From: Mobula hypostoma | Lineage: Eukaryota | Assembly (NCBI RefSeq): GCF_963921235.1 | Contig: NC_086104.1 | Span: forward strand, 75,826,001-75,890,000 | DNA: 64,000 nt | Reading direction: 5' to 3' | Part shown: piece by piece, positions 48,999 through 60,732 of the stretch | How the letters are laid out: each line of letters starts with the position of its first letter | Position numbering within the stretch: position 1 is the stretch's first letter | Position numbers and translations under genes: made by a program | The notes under the pieces: generated by a model | Told to the model about the DNA's origin: nothing | Databases searched by the model: none | Seen by the model: the letters and a program-made list of their open reading frames with translations, nothing else

Positions 48999-50230
48999 TT
49001 TTACAGACACCTGATTTACTGATGTCTATCCTCCCTAAATCTGTGTAATTTCATGGATTAGTAATGGTACGAAGCCTTCACACAGTTACGGACTTGTAGA
49101 GCAAAAATTATTTGAAGGCCCAAAGTGATGAAGCATAACAGCATTGGATTACTCCTTTAAGGAGTTTTGATTTGGTGTCAAGTCATTCCCACATCCAATC
49201 TGCACTTACATTGAAATTTTGGTGAGAGTGTGAAGCAAAACTAATTTCCACCAGTTCCTGATATTTCCCTACCTGCAGGAAAATTCTCACAATGCAGTGC
49301 AAACTTGTGGGTTTGAGGGAAACACACCCAGTGAATTTGAGATACAAGTCTTGACAATCACATAACTTCCATTAAAAGTGCCAACCAGACAGACTCTAAA
49401 TCATAAGCAGGCAAACGCAAAGCTCAGGTAAAACCAGCTTTCTAGCTTCTGCCTTAAAAAGAACCGCTGGTAATTGACAATGCAAGATCAGATAGAGTTT
49501 ATTCTAACACCCTGGCACCAGCAGTATGGACATCAACCACAGCAACTTGTGTCTGTACAATTACAGTTAAATATTGAAACATATCTCACAACTATTATCA
49601 ACTCACAGCCAATATTGAACTAATAATCATAAGCTCAAATCCATCCATAACTTTCTTAGCCCTAACCACCTGTAATATACTTGGTAAACAATAATTTGTC
49701 TTTAAGATTGTAAATTACTCCCAGATTTTAAAACTGTTTCAAGCAATTTTAAAGCTTCATCTAGCTAGCTGAAGGCATAGCCAACAATGAGGGATGGTTA
49801 AAATGAAGAACTCCCTTTGAAGCATCTTTGGTTAGTTTACTATGTTAAAGGCACTACTTAAGAAGTGAAGTTGAAAAGGGGCTAAAAAGGATTAACTGAC
49901 ATGGGGGGTGTTGGGGGAATGTTGTAGAGGAATGTGAAAACAGTATTGAAAATGTTAAAATTGAAGTGTCGGGTGTCAATGCAGGTTAGCAAGCACAGGG
50001 TGCTGGATGAGTGAGTGAGTGAAACTGCCAAGTGCTTGGAACAACGTCTATTTATGTAACACCTTTACTGCAGCAGAAGTGTCCCAAGGCACTGCCCTGA
50101 ATTATTATCAAGTAGATTACTGACGGCAAGCCAGGTAAGGAAATTTACGTCAATGCCCAAAATCAATGCCGTAGGCTTTAAATGGCACATGAAAAAGCCC
50201 GAAAGAGAGGCGTTGGAGGAGACTTCAGGA

Positions 50231-53200
50231 CAGTGGTGGCGCCAGAGATTTTTTCTTGCTGGTGCTGCAGAGGGGCTGAATTATTCAGTGATGGTGCTGA
50301 GGGATGTACTGTATGGTAATATGTATTCGCAAGGCCAGACGTGTGGCGTTCAAAAGTCAGTTTCAAGCATTATGTGCCTACTATAAATGCCTCTTTTGAT
50401 TCACAAGCAGCAGCAATTGATAATTACAATATAGAAGTGAACTGTTACAGTGTCAACAGTATTGGAGACAACCCGGGCTACACAGAGCATAAACAAACAA
50501 ACCAACAGAGCATCCGAACCACAGTGCACAATGTGAATCATGCACCAATCCCGCAATCAGCGTTAAATGCATGCTTTTCAACTGAAAAACACACTAACCC
50601 ACAATGTCCACTGCTATTTGCATTACATAGACAGATAATGCCAAAAGATACACCGTTATTAAAGTTAAATAAGGCAAACAACAGATGCAAGGCTTTACCA
50701 GGAGTTGGACAAATTGTACTCTGACCATGCAATACCTCAATTAATTCGGCTACTGAATTTAAAACAAAAATCAACAGGATCACCGCTTGGAAGTCTAAGC
50801 AAAACCAGTAGGCTTAATAGCAGTAAATGTAATATTTCAGGATTTGCAGGAAACGTAAGGACTATGGGGTAGCCACCACAAAATAATAATAATAATCAGC
50901 ATTAGTCTTGGCCCAAATTTTAAAAAAAATCAACTGCACTCACCATTGATGTTTTCAGAGAAGTACAATCTGTCTGTGGTTGTGATTGGTGGTGAAAGCA
51001 TCATTGATTTTCTGGATGTCAAGTGCTTTGGTCCTCTGGCTGTTTATGGCCAACAGGGCCAAGTTGCTGTTCCGAGCATCACCGTTGCTATTCCTTAGGT
51101 AATTTTTGAGGCGTCTGAGGCAAAGCAAACTCCATTTGCATGAGGCAGATGTCACAGGTAGAGTCAGTGGTATGCAGATTAGTTTGTATAAATCTATAAA
51201 TGCATCGCGGTAGGGTCTCATTAGAGCTAGAAATTCCACTGTGTCATTCACTGTCTGTCCTTGCTTTTGTTTTGTTTCCAGTACATGCCGAACCTGATTT
51301 AGCTCTGCAGTCAGGTTCACTTCAGTCACTCCATAGTATTGGGCCATTGGCCAAAGACAATTCTTGTCTAGGAAGAACATGTGTTTGGGACTTAATGCTG
51401 AGACTCCAGTCAGAACACCCCCAGTCTCAACTGAGAACCGTCTTTTCATTTCAGTCAGAAGTCTGTCTATAACTGGATAGAAACAGTGGTTGTGAAGGTC
51501 ATCAGAGGATGTGACAGGTGTGTGTTCAGTTTGGGCCTCAACAACAAAATCATGTAGGCGGCGGGGTGGCTGGGCCTGTCTCCTTTCATGTGGTCTGCTC
51601 TGTATACCGGCCTTGACGCACAGGTCCCTAGCTCTCGCCCTGAATTTCACTCCATGATCCCTTTCCCCATTTTGCTGAGAGTGCATCGATAATAGATTGA
51701 GCCAAGTCCACAGTGGATGAAAGCTCCAAACTGGGAGATTGTAGCTGGTCTGACATGAACTTGGTGACTCGGAATAAATCCTCAAACAGAGTGAGAAGTA
51801 AAGCAACTGCTCGTCAATCAGTCCATTTACAGCCCTGGTCTCCGTTTTCCTCCGTGCATTTGGTTGACCCATAATATCCTGTAGTGTAGCTAGAATGACA
51901 GGGAGTGATTTCCTTATAACCCACAAAGCTGTATACTGCCATGCCTAGCGTGTATCTGACAATTTCTTCAGCTCCACAGGCTGTGCAGTAGATTCCAGCT
52001 CTCTGTTTCTTCATGAAAAGATCGTGGGCAACAGAGTTTGAAAAAAAGTTGTAAAGCAGATGCACAGTTTCAAAAAACTCACCTGCCCGCTTGTTGTACA
52101 TTGCTCACAACATCCACTAAAACAAGGTTAAGTCTGTGAGCATGGCAGTGTATATATAATGCCTGCGGGACCTCTTTCCTGAACCTCTCTTGTACCCCGT
52201 TATTGCACCCGGACATCACTGCCGCCTCGTCATAACACTGACTTATACACGCGTTCTTATCAATAACACACTGGGTGAGTGTCTGTTCAATGCTTTTAAG
52301 AAGCGACTCTGCGTCCAACCCTTCTGCTGGAGTGAAGTGCAAGAATTCTGCAAGCACTGTTTCATTATTCAAATATCGCACCACCACTGATATTTGCTCC
52401 ATTTTACTCAAGTCTTTACTTTCATCCACCATGATGGCAAAATGTCCAGCCTCCTTGATTTCTGCACTTCTTTGACGTCTGATCATATCTGCCATAATAC
52501 CCATAATTTCATTTTGCATATTGTGATGAGTTTTTTTTGCATTTCCAGGATTGTCCTCTATTTTTTTAAGCTACAGTCTTATCAAACTGTCCAATTACGC
52601 TGAGCAACTCAACAAAATTTCCTCATTGCCAGATCCATCATCCTCCTGGTGTCCTCGCTGGGCAATGCCTTGGCACGCAGTATAGCGTAGAAACTCAACC
52701 ACTGCTCTCATATACTCACGATTTTCTTGGACAATCTTTGCATGTCCTTTGTCAAGCATGTTTCCCAATCTTGAACTGTCTTGTTTTCTCAAACTGAATT
52801 CGGCCCGTGCCTCCATAGCAAACTTATGAGCTGCACTTACATGGTGGGTTTTGAAAGCTGTTGTAGCTTTCCACCAGTTGTGGTAACTGGTGACAGTGAA
52901 GGTAGACACAGAATGGAACCCATGTCCTCCACACAGGAAATGCCTGCATGCAAAGTAGAACGTAGTATCTTTCGTGATCGAATATTCCAGTCAGTCAAAC
53001 CAGTCACGAATAAAACTTCTTTGCTGATTGCTAAACCGTTGCGAGCAGTGAACGGTACTTTTTCAATGCTGGCCGACGGGGTCCTTCCTCAGGCTGCTGG
53101 CTAACATCGCTAACAGTATTCCCACTAGCACTGACAGCAGCTTCATCCACGTTCTCTTCTGAATCCCGCTCCTTTTCTTGTTCCTCTACATCGCCCTCGC

Positions 53201-53832
53201 ACTCCTTCGATGAACTGCTGTAGTCCTCATTCCCACTTACTTGTTTCCGCATGTCACTTTCAATTAAGACAGGCTCAGGCTGAGACACCACTGATTCCCC
53301 TAGATGAGGTTGTTTTCTCACTAAAAATCAACACATTTTTCATGCTGGCCAAAATAATGCACATGCCAGGCCCACGCTAGCTTGTAAAAGCACAATGTGT
53401 GTGTGTGTGTGTGTCATCCGTTAGTCTTGCAAGACCATGGATCTGCGCCTGGATGTATACTATCAATCTCTCGCATGAGTGAGAGTGAGTGACATCACCA
53501 CCTTAAGTTATCTTAGATCAGCTTAACTGATCTGAAGACAGCAACGGCAAGACATTGACAGGAACGAATAAGCAGAAGTGCAGAGTGGATCTGACCTTAG
53601 ACCAGCACAGAGTTTATAACTTTATTGCTGTGTGGGTGTTATGGTAATTGGGGGCACTGTTTCACTAGATCAACTGGAGAAACAAGCTGTATTGAAAACT
53701 ATGCAGAGAAAGCAAAGCAGCTGCAACTTGTATGTGAAATTTCAATTAATTTCTTGGTAGTGCTATGGTGGTGCTATTGTAATTTCTGCTGGGGCTATAG
53801 CACCAGCTAGCACCAGCTTAGCGCCGCCGCTG
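50231..53832 (-). mobile_element. hAT DNA transposon (Tip100/ZMYM1-like), full length, transposase frameshifted
   Basis: TIRs CAGTGGTGGCGC and CAGCGGCGGCGC; 8-bp TSD CTTCAGGA at 50223-50230 and 53833-53840. Confidence 0.93.
50955..53345 (-). pseudogene. hAT transposase pseudogene (DUF4371-like region and hATC dimerisation domain)
   Basis: Consecutive ORF fragments: RGHQED, MQNEI, IMVDESKD..KMEQIS, CYDEAAVMSG, YIHCHAHRLNL, LTLPVTSASC...LRRLKNYLRNS. Confidence 0.88.
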
Positions 53833-53949
53833 CTTCAGGATTTCAGACCCTTATAGTATAGTAACTAATGGTGTAGCAAGGATGAAAAGACCATATCTGG
53901 AAGACATTGATTATATAGTCTTGCAAATTATTTCTTTTCCAGCTCCCTT

Positions 53950-54700
53950 CTGAATGTGACAATTGAATCTAATCCCACTCCTATCCCCAGCGGAGCACTT
54001 TTAGGCCCTAATGATATTCTGGGCAAAGAATTGTTTCATATATTATTGTTGGTTCTTTGCCAATCTGTTTTGTGGTATGCCCATAAGTTCTTGATCCCTC
54101 TACCTTTGGGAAAAGAATTTCTTCCCATCTTTTCTCTCTGTACTCTTCATTACTTTAAGCCACTCTATTAGATCTCCTGCTAACAACTCATATTCCACGG
54201 AGACTAACACAAGCTTTTTCTGTCCATCCACACAACTAATTTCCCTCATCCCTGCAATTTGTTCTGCATCTCTCCAAAGCCTTCGCACCTTTCATAAAAT
54301 TGTAACTCCCAGAACCATGTGTAATGCACTTGTGGTGGTCAGGACAATAATTTATCAAGCTTCAACCTGACTGTTTTGCTTTGGCACTTGGGATGTCTAT
54401 TTCTAAAACTCAGGATCCCATTCTTCCTTGTGTAATCACCTCTCAACCATATGGATATACTTTGTACACCCAGACCGTTGTTCTTGTACCATTCACTATA
54501 TTGTCCCTCTTTTCTCCTCTCCCAAAGTTCACATTTTTCCTCATCACTAAGTGCTACTGAATGGTTTACTTCCATATGCCACCTACCCACCAGCCAGTCT
54601 AGATCTCCTATTATCTTCCCTATAGTTCGCCATGTTTCCAAGTCTTGCATTGCCTGGAAATTTGAAAACAGTACCCTGCTGCCAAGTCTAGATCAATAAC
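53950..54700 (-). mobile_element. Old CR1 fragment
   Basis: Degenerate GDLIE..KVMK and FFSQR motifs. Confidence 0.55.
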
Positions 54701-55106
54701 ATGTATTTAGAAATGTTAATTCCTACTTCAGAGAGCTCCATTAGACTCTTCCCTCCAGGTTGGACCTCAATTGAAATTTAAGCAAAATTCATTCATTCAA
54801 AACACAATAGTAATTACTCAAGTGACACCAATGGAATATAGCGCAGGAAGAATGGAAATATAGTGCTTGGAAATGAACAACCAGTTCAAATCCCACGGGG
54901 GGGGGCAACAAAAAGCTCCTTTTTCAATCCCTTCAGTATATTTTCAGTGTTAAGAGTGAATTGATTGGCCTTGTGAAGAGTTAATTGATAGGCCTTTTAA
55001 ACTCCAATATCAAAATAGATTTTTAGTTGCAGAAATTCAAGTTAAGGTCCCACATACCCTCAACAAATAAAACCATCTGAACGTATGCAACAGATCTCAA
55101 AACTGA

Positions 55107-56121
55107 GGCTACGTCCACACTACGCCGGATAATTTTGAAAACGCCGGTTTTGAGTAAAAACGACAGGCGTCCACACTCAGCGTTTTTCAAAATATCTCCG
55201 TCCACATTAGGCGGATATTTGGGCGAATCTCCTCCTACTGGGCATGCGCAGGACACACAGAAAACAAGCGAAGAGGAAATGGTATACTTACTGCGCATTT
55301 GTCCAGTTACAGAGTAGAAAAACTTTAAAGGAATTGCTCTTGGCTCTCGCGCAGGAGGACTTAGAAGTTAAAAAAAACAAATACTGGAGCGTATGGAGGC
55401 AACCGACAGGGAGTTCACGGACAGTATGATCCGGCTGACGACGAACATTGAAAAACTGACTAACTCTGTTGCATTAATAAAGCACCTTGTTAAATGTATA
55501 AAACGTCTGCATCAGCGTTATCTTGTATTTCCATACAATGTTACATTAGGCTGTTACACATCTATTGTCAGAGAAGTACTTGCGTAAATAGGTAAACCAC
55601 CTTCATACAAGCAAGGACAGAAAACAGGGCGAAGTGAGTATACTTATTTATTCAGTAAGCTATGGGTCAAAGTATTTGGTGAGTACATTTCTAACCCTTC
55701 TGGCTTCAGTCTTGTCCGTCTGTTCTGAAATTGTTAGGTGGTGGCGTTCAAGAAAACAACGAACATCTGTTCCGGCATGTCATGACAGCGTTTTTAAATA
55801 GTCAAAAAAAGCTCACTTTACAATTTAACTCTCACGCCGTTCACACCGACTGCGCGTTATAACAGCTTGCGCAGTACCAAGCAGAAGCAGAAAAAAGCAT
55901 TGTTGCTGTGGTGTTGTCATGACAGCGTTTTAAAATCTCTCCGGTTACCCCGTACACACTACGCCGGATATTAAGCATTTTGAGATTTATTCACTCTGGA
56001 GAGTGTTTTCGAAAATTTCCGTTTTCGGGGGCTGAAAATGCCGGCTCAGTGTGGACGGGAGGGCAAAACGAAGAGAAAAAGCTTCGTTTTCAAAATTATC
56101 CGGCGTAGTGTGGACGTACCC
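55107..56121. mobile_element. PIF/Harbinger non-autonomous element (1015 bp)
   Basis: ~37-bp TIR GG(C/G)TACGTCCACACTACGCCGGATAATTTTGAAAACG; 3-bp TSD TGA at 55104-55106 and 56122-56124; internal subterminal copies of CGTCCACA; CpG-rich, so likely young. Confidence 0.9.
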
Positions 56122-57999
56122 TGATTCAGTCTCCATGTGCTGAAAGGTGTCACATCTGATATAAATAACAAGTAATAAACAACATTCTCCCTCCTTGGCC
56201 CATTCCACCATTCAATAAGATCATGGATAAATTGTATTGTGCACATCCCTGAGCAAAATATCAGTCAAAATATGTGCCATGATTGAAAAGGCCTCTGGAT
56301 TAGGGAATAGAAAAGATCCTTGCATTTCTTAAAATTCTAAGTGGCGAACACCTTATCCTGAATGCCTACAAATTTCATTAGTTTTCAGGAGCTTGATTTG
56401 TGCAACGGTAATTACTTCATGTCTTTCTATACAAAACATGACAGTAAGAAACTGCAGGAAGTTGTAAATCCAGCCCATTCCATCAAGCAAACCAGCCTCC
56501 CCTCCGATTATTCTGTTTACACTTCCTACTGCCTCAGGAAAACAGCAAACGTAATCAAAGACCCTTCCTACCCCAGTTATTTTTTTCACTCCTCACCTTT
56601 CAAGACAAAAGATACAAAAGCCTGAGAGTACACACCACAAGATGAGGGCAGATTCTATTCCACTGTTATCAGACTCTTGAATATACTTGTTATACACTAA
56701 AAGGTGAAATGTTTATATCCTAGTCTACCTTGTACTTCATTTGCCTACCTGCACTGCCCTTTCTCTAACTGCTACACCATATTCTGCATTGTTGTCTTTT
56801 TATTACCTTGATGAGATTATGTATAGCAATGATCTGTCTGAAAAACATGCAAAAGCTTTTCACTGTATCTCGTTCCAATTTACTGTGTATATCCCAGGCG
56901 GCGTGGCACGGCAGTAGCGGCCTTTCGGATCTGGTGCTACTTTAGTTTTTTAATTTAATTTTAAGGCACAATTAGGGTTTAGGGCAATGGATAACAGAGT
57001 GACTATCTACCATTGCCAGATACTGCAACAATACAGAGATCACCCAAAAACAATCCTTGCACTGTTCTGTGTACTTTATGCAGTCCTGGGTAGGTCTGTA
57101 GTCTAGTGTAGTATTTGTGCTGTTTTACATAGTTCGGTGTAGTTTTTGTATTGTTTCATGTAGCACCATGATCCTGAAAAACGTTCTCTCGGTTTTACGG
57201 TGTACTGTACCAGCAGTTATGGTCGAAATGACAATAAAAAATGACTTGACTTGACTTACATTTGTTCTTCTGAAGTGCAACACTTCATCCTGCTCTGGAT
57301 TAAATTCCACCTCCCGTTTTTCTGCTCAGATTTCAAACTGATCTCTACCCTGCATCCTTTGACAACTTTCTTCACTGTCCACAACTCCACCAATTTTCGT
57401 CTCATCTTCAAACTTATACATTAGAGGCACTAGGTCTAATCCTGCTGGACACCGCTTGTCTTCTGTGTCTAAATTATTGAGTTCCCTTCCAAGTCAAGTT
57501 GAAGATCTTACAGCACTTCTTTAGAAAGGGAAAAAAGGAGAATTGTTGTCCTGGTCAATTATCTATTCCTCAACCAAAATTCTTAATGCATTTTATTGAA
57601 CTGTGGTCAGGTCACTGCAGAAGCTTCCTGTGTCAAATTGGTTGCTATATTTCCACATTCTATAGACAGCACATTCCTTAAATATTTCCTCACAACATGA
57701 AAAGCAAGGTCCTCTTTCATTTATGGTGTAATGACACATTTTACAGAAGTGACCCCAGCTGGGGAAAAAATGTTGCAAATAACTGATGGGTAGTTGAGAA
57801 TAAACTGCATTGCTCATTAGCTTTCTGCACTAATATCACGGTAAGGAAGCAAAAGTGAAAAGCAATTGGTGACAGGTGTCACACCTATTTTTTTTCAACA
57901 TGCAATCAACCAACTACCATTTATTGCAGACTTGTTATCTTGCAGGTAAATGCAGTCAAGGTAAATGTTTGCTCACCCACTTGCTGACTGTTAACATAC

Positions 58000-58148
58000 C
58001 CATTTCCTGCCATGTACTGCACACTCCTGCTCCATACGTCATTGTTACCTCTGCCACAGAGTTCAAGGATTCCCCTTTGTTTTCAGCGAAACCCAGGTAG
58101 TTATAAGAGCCCATGTTTATCACATCCTTAATTACTCGTCCTGTGTAT
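58000..58148 (-). CDS. SPTLC3: SPTLC3 internal coding exon (probable exon 4), 149 bp
   Basis: (R)[49 protein letters not shown](G), containing the AOS-family SYNYLG motif. Acceptor tgcag|A, donor G|gtatgt. Phase matches the preceding exon (AG+A = Arg). Confidence 0.9.
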
Positions 58149-60034
58149 CTGCACAAAATCAATGTTTGATATTAATGTACTGCAACAGGGTTTATTGCAT
58201 GCCAAAAAAGAACTTAAATGCTTCACCCCACTCATGCAGAGAATCAATGACCTTTGTAAGAATTTGTCACTATGGGTTAATGCACCACAGGTTATCAGCC
58301 CTACAGCAATAGCAGCTGCTCACTTAAATACCCACTCAAACATGAACGGAAAAGCTTCAAGTGTTTTGACTGACAGGTGGATCACATTCTCGTCCCAGAC
58401 TAAGTCAATAATGGGCCCCATTTCAGAATAATCTACCAGCCAAACTGTCCATTCTTCCACGGGTAAGAAATCAATCAAGAATCAAAAGGCTCCTGCTGCA
58501 AATTTTGGTAGGACAGCTCATTCCCCTCCAACCGCCAAGGTTCCCCGAAATGGTTGTAGTTCCACCATTTCCTCCCGGCCCTGGAATATCCAAAGGGTGA
58601 CCCACCTGCAGCTGCACTTCGGATTGCAGTTTTCTATCAAGAATTGACCCTGGTCTGGAAGGGAATGATGGACTAGTTGAGGATCTGTTTGTGTCCCTGA
58701 GGAAATGTATCGCCAGAGGTACAAGGTAGAGGAAGTTGAGTGGAAGGAGGTCTGTGTGAACAACAAACACAGATTTATTGGGTCAAATGGTCAATTTCTC
58801 TTTTGGAAATTCTTGGGACCTTCATGTGACACTGAGGCACACAGACCACAAAGCCTCTTGTTACATTTACAATAATCATTGAGTTACCAAATTGCAGATG
58901 GCGACTATAAACATAGGGTAGAAAATTAGCCACAGTCACACAAATTTATCCATGGACACCTACTGGGAGTGAGCATGGGACTATAGCTCAGCAGCCTAGT
59001 TGGTGGGCAGCAGGAATACCCTAGTGGGAGGAGATCATGGTCAGAAGGCCTAGCCACCAGTTTCTGCCAGTTGAGGAGGAGGAAGAGAAGGGAGCATTTT
59101 TGCCTGTTGCTGGAAACCTGATACAGATCCAGACAAAACTGGTATAGACCATATCAATATAGAAGTAAAGTATGTTTAAAGGTTCTACCTTTGATCCAGA
59201 TTCAGAATAACCCACTGCATTTCCTCAGTATCTAATGAGTTGTTGTTTCTTGCAGAACATCGGAGTTCCCTTTCAATCTTTACTTACTCCACCCCAACTC
59301 ATTTTCTTTTCCCTCCATGTTCACTCTTCGCTTCTGCTGCGACCTCACTGCTTAGTTCATGAGAACCTAACAGAACGAGGCCAATTGACCCCACTAACCT
59401 ATGTTGGAGTCTATACTCCACGTGATTCTCCATCCAATTTAAAAATTACAGTATGAAATCTTGATAAATGGTGAATACATAATTTTATTTTAAAATTTCT
59501 TTCATTTGTGATTGCCTTTTGATATCGCTATCAAAACCAAGTTGACTTATCCTTATTTACTTCATGCTTTTCATGTGAATTGAGGCCAAGCATGTCCCAT
59601 TAATTTTTAAGACATGGACACATTTGAGAGAAGTGTTAATTTATTCTCTAGTATGTGTAAGGATCTGTTTGAGTGCTGATGATGGAAGGCCTCACTCCAA
59701 AGAAGACTTATTTGGGCTTAGCTCCAGGGAGGACATTTTGATCAACTCTTCTAGATGTTCCATCACCTGTTCTTCAAAATAAAGGCTATGATATATTTTT
59801 TTATTCACCCAAGAGAGCAGACAGCACCGTGGTTTTGTAGTCTCATCTCAAAAGGTTAATTTCCAGCTGGGTAGTCATTCAAAGTGAAGGTGTCAGTGTA
59901 GACTTTGTTCATGCAGGCCTGGAGATGGATTTCAAATTGACCGCCAAAGTTGTGTACTATTTGTTATTTATTAATTTTTTAAAAATCTGAAGTCTACTGG
60001 TAAAACTATGGGACTAGGCAGTTTAAATAGTTCT

Positions 60035-60335
60035 CAGAATCAGAGGCCACAGTTTGAGAATAAGGGGTAGGCCATTTAGAACGGAGTTGAGGAAAAACTT
60101 TTTCACCCAGAGGATTGTGGATTTGTGGAATGCTCTGGCTCAGAAGGCAGTGGAGGCCAAGTCTCTGGATGCTTTCAAGAAAGAGTTAGATAGAGCTCTT
60201 AATGATAGCGGAGTCAAGGGATATGGGGAGAAGGCAGGAACGGAGTACTGATTGAGGATGATCAGCCATGATCACAGTGAATGGCGGTGCTGGCTTGAAG
60301 GGCCGAATGGCCTACTCCTGCACCTATTGTCTATT
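60035..60335 (+). mobile_element. CR1 LINE 3' end fragment
   Basis: RIRGRPFRTELRKNFFTQRIVDLWNAL...GVKGYGEKAG followed by the tail. Confidence 0.85.
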
Positions 60336-60577
60336 GGCATGGACTAGATGGGCCAAAGGGCTTGTTTCTGTGCTGTACTTTTCAATGAATCTTTGACTAG
60401 CATTCATGCCCATTCCGCAGCTATTCTTGAGAAGGTGACAGTGGGTCACCTTTCTGAGTCACTGCAGTTTTTCCGGTGAAGGTACTCCCACAATGTTGCT
60501 CAGTAAGGAGTTCCAAGAATTCAGTCTAGCAATAATAAAAGAACCGAGTCTCACTGGAGTGCAACTTTACATTGTAC

Positions 60578-60732
60578 CTGAAAGTCCAGTTGTAATCATC
60601 GCTGACTCTCTCCACCAAGTCAAATGTAGGGCCAGGCACACTGCAGATTGGACGGTTCCAGTTGTCACGCACTCTCATATACAGATTTCTTTTGTAGAAA
60701 TTTTCAAAGTCTTGATAAAGCGGCACAAAATC
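60578..60732 (-). CDS. SPTLC3: SPTLC3 internal coding exon (probable exon 3), 155 bp
   Basis: Translates [51 protein letters not shown](R). Acceptor tgtag|GAT, donor AG|gtac. DFVPLY and [12 protein letters not shown] match SPTLC3 better than SPTLC2 (ERQSHDYNWSFK), by recall. Confidence 0.9.

Noticed and set aside
50955-51926. Possible nested ZMYM1-like host gene
   Set aside because: Frameshifted and enclosed by TIRs and an 8-bp TSD, so it is a transposon copy.
20192-60732. Assignment of the exons to SPTLC2
   Set aside because: Diagnostic residues ([41 protein letters not shown]) favour SPTLC3. Some positions are SPTLC2-like, so phylogeny or synteny should confirm.
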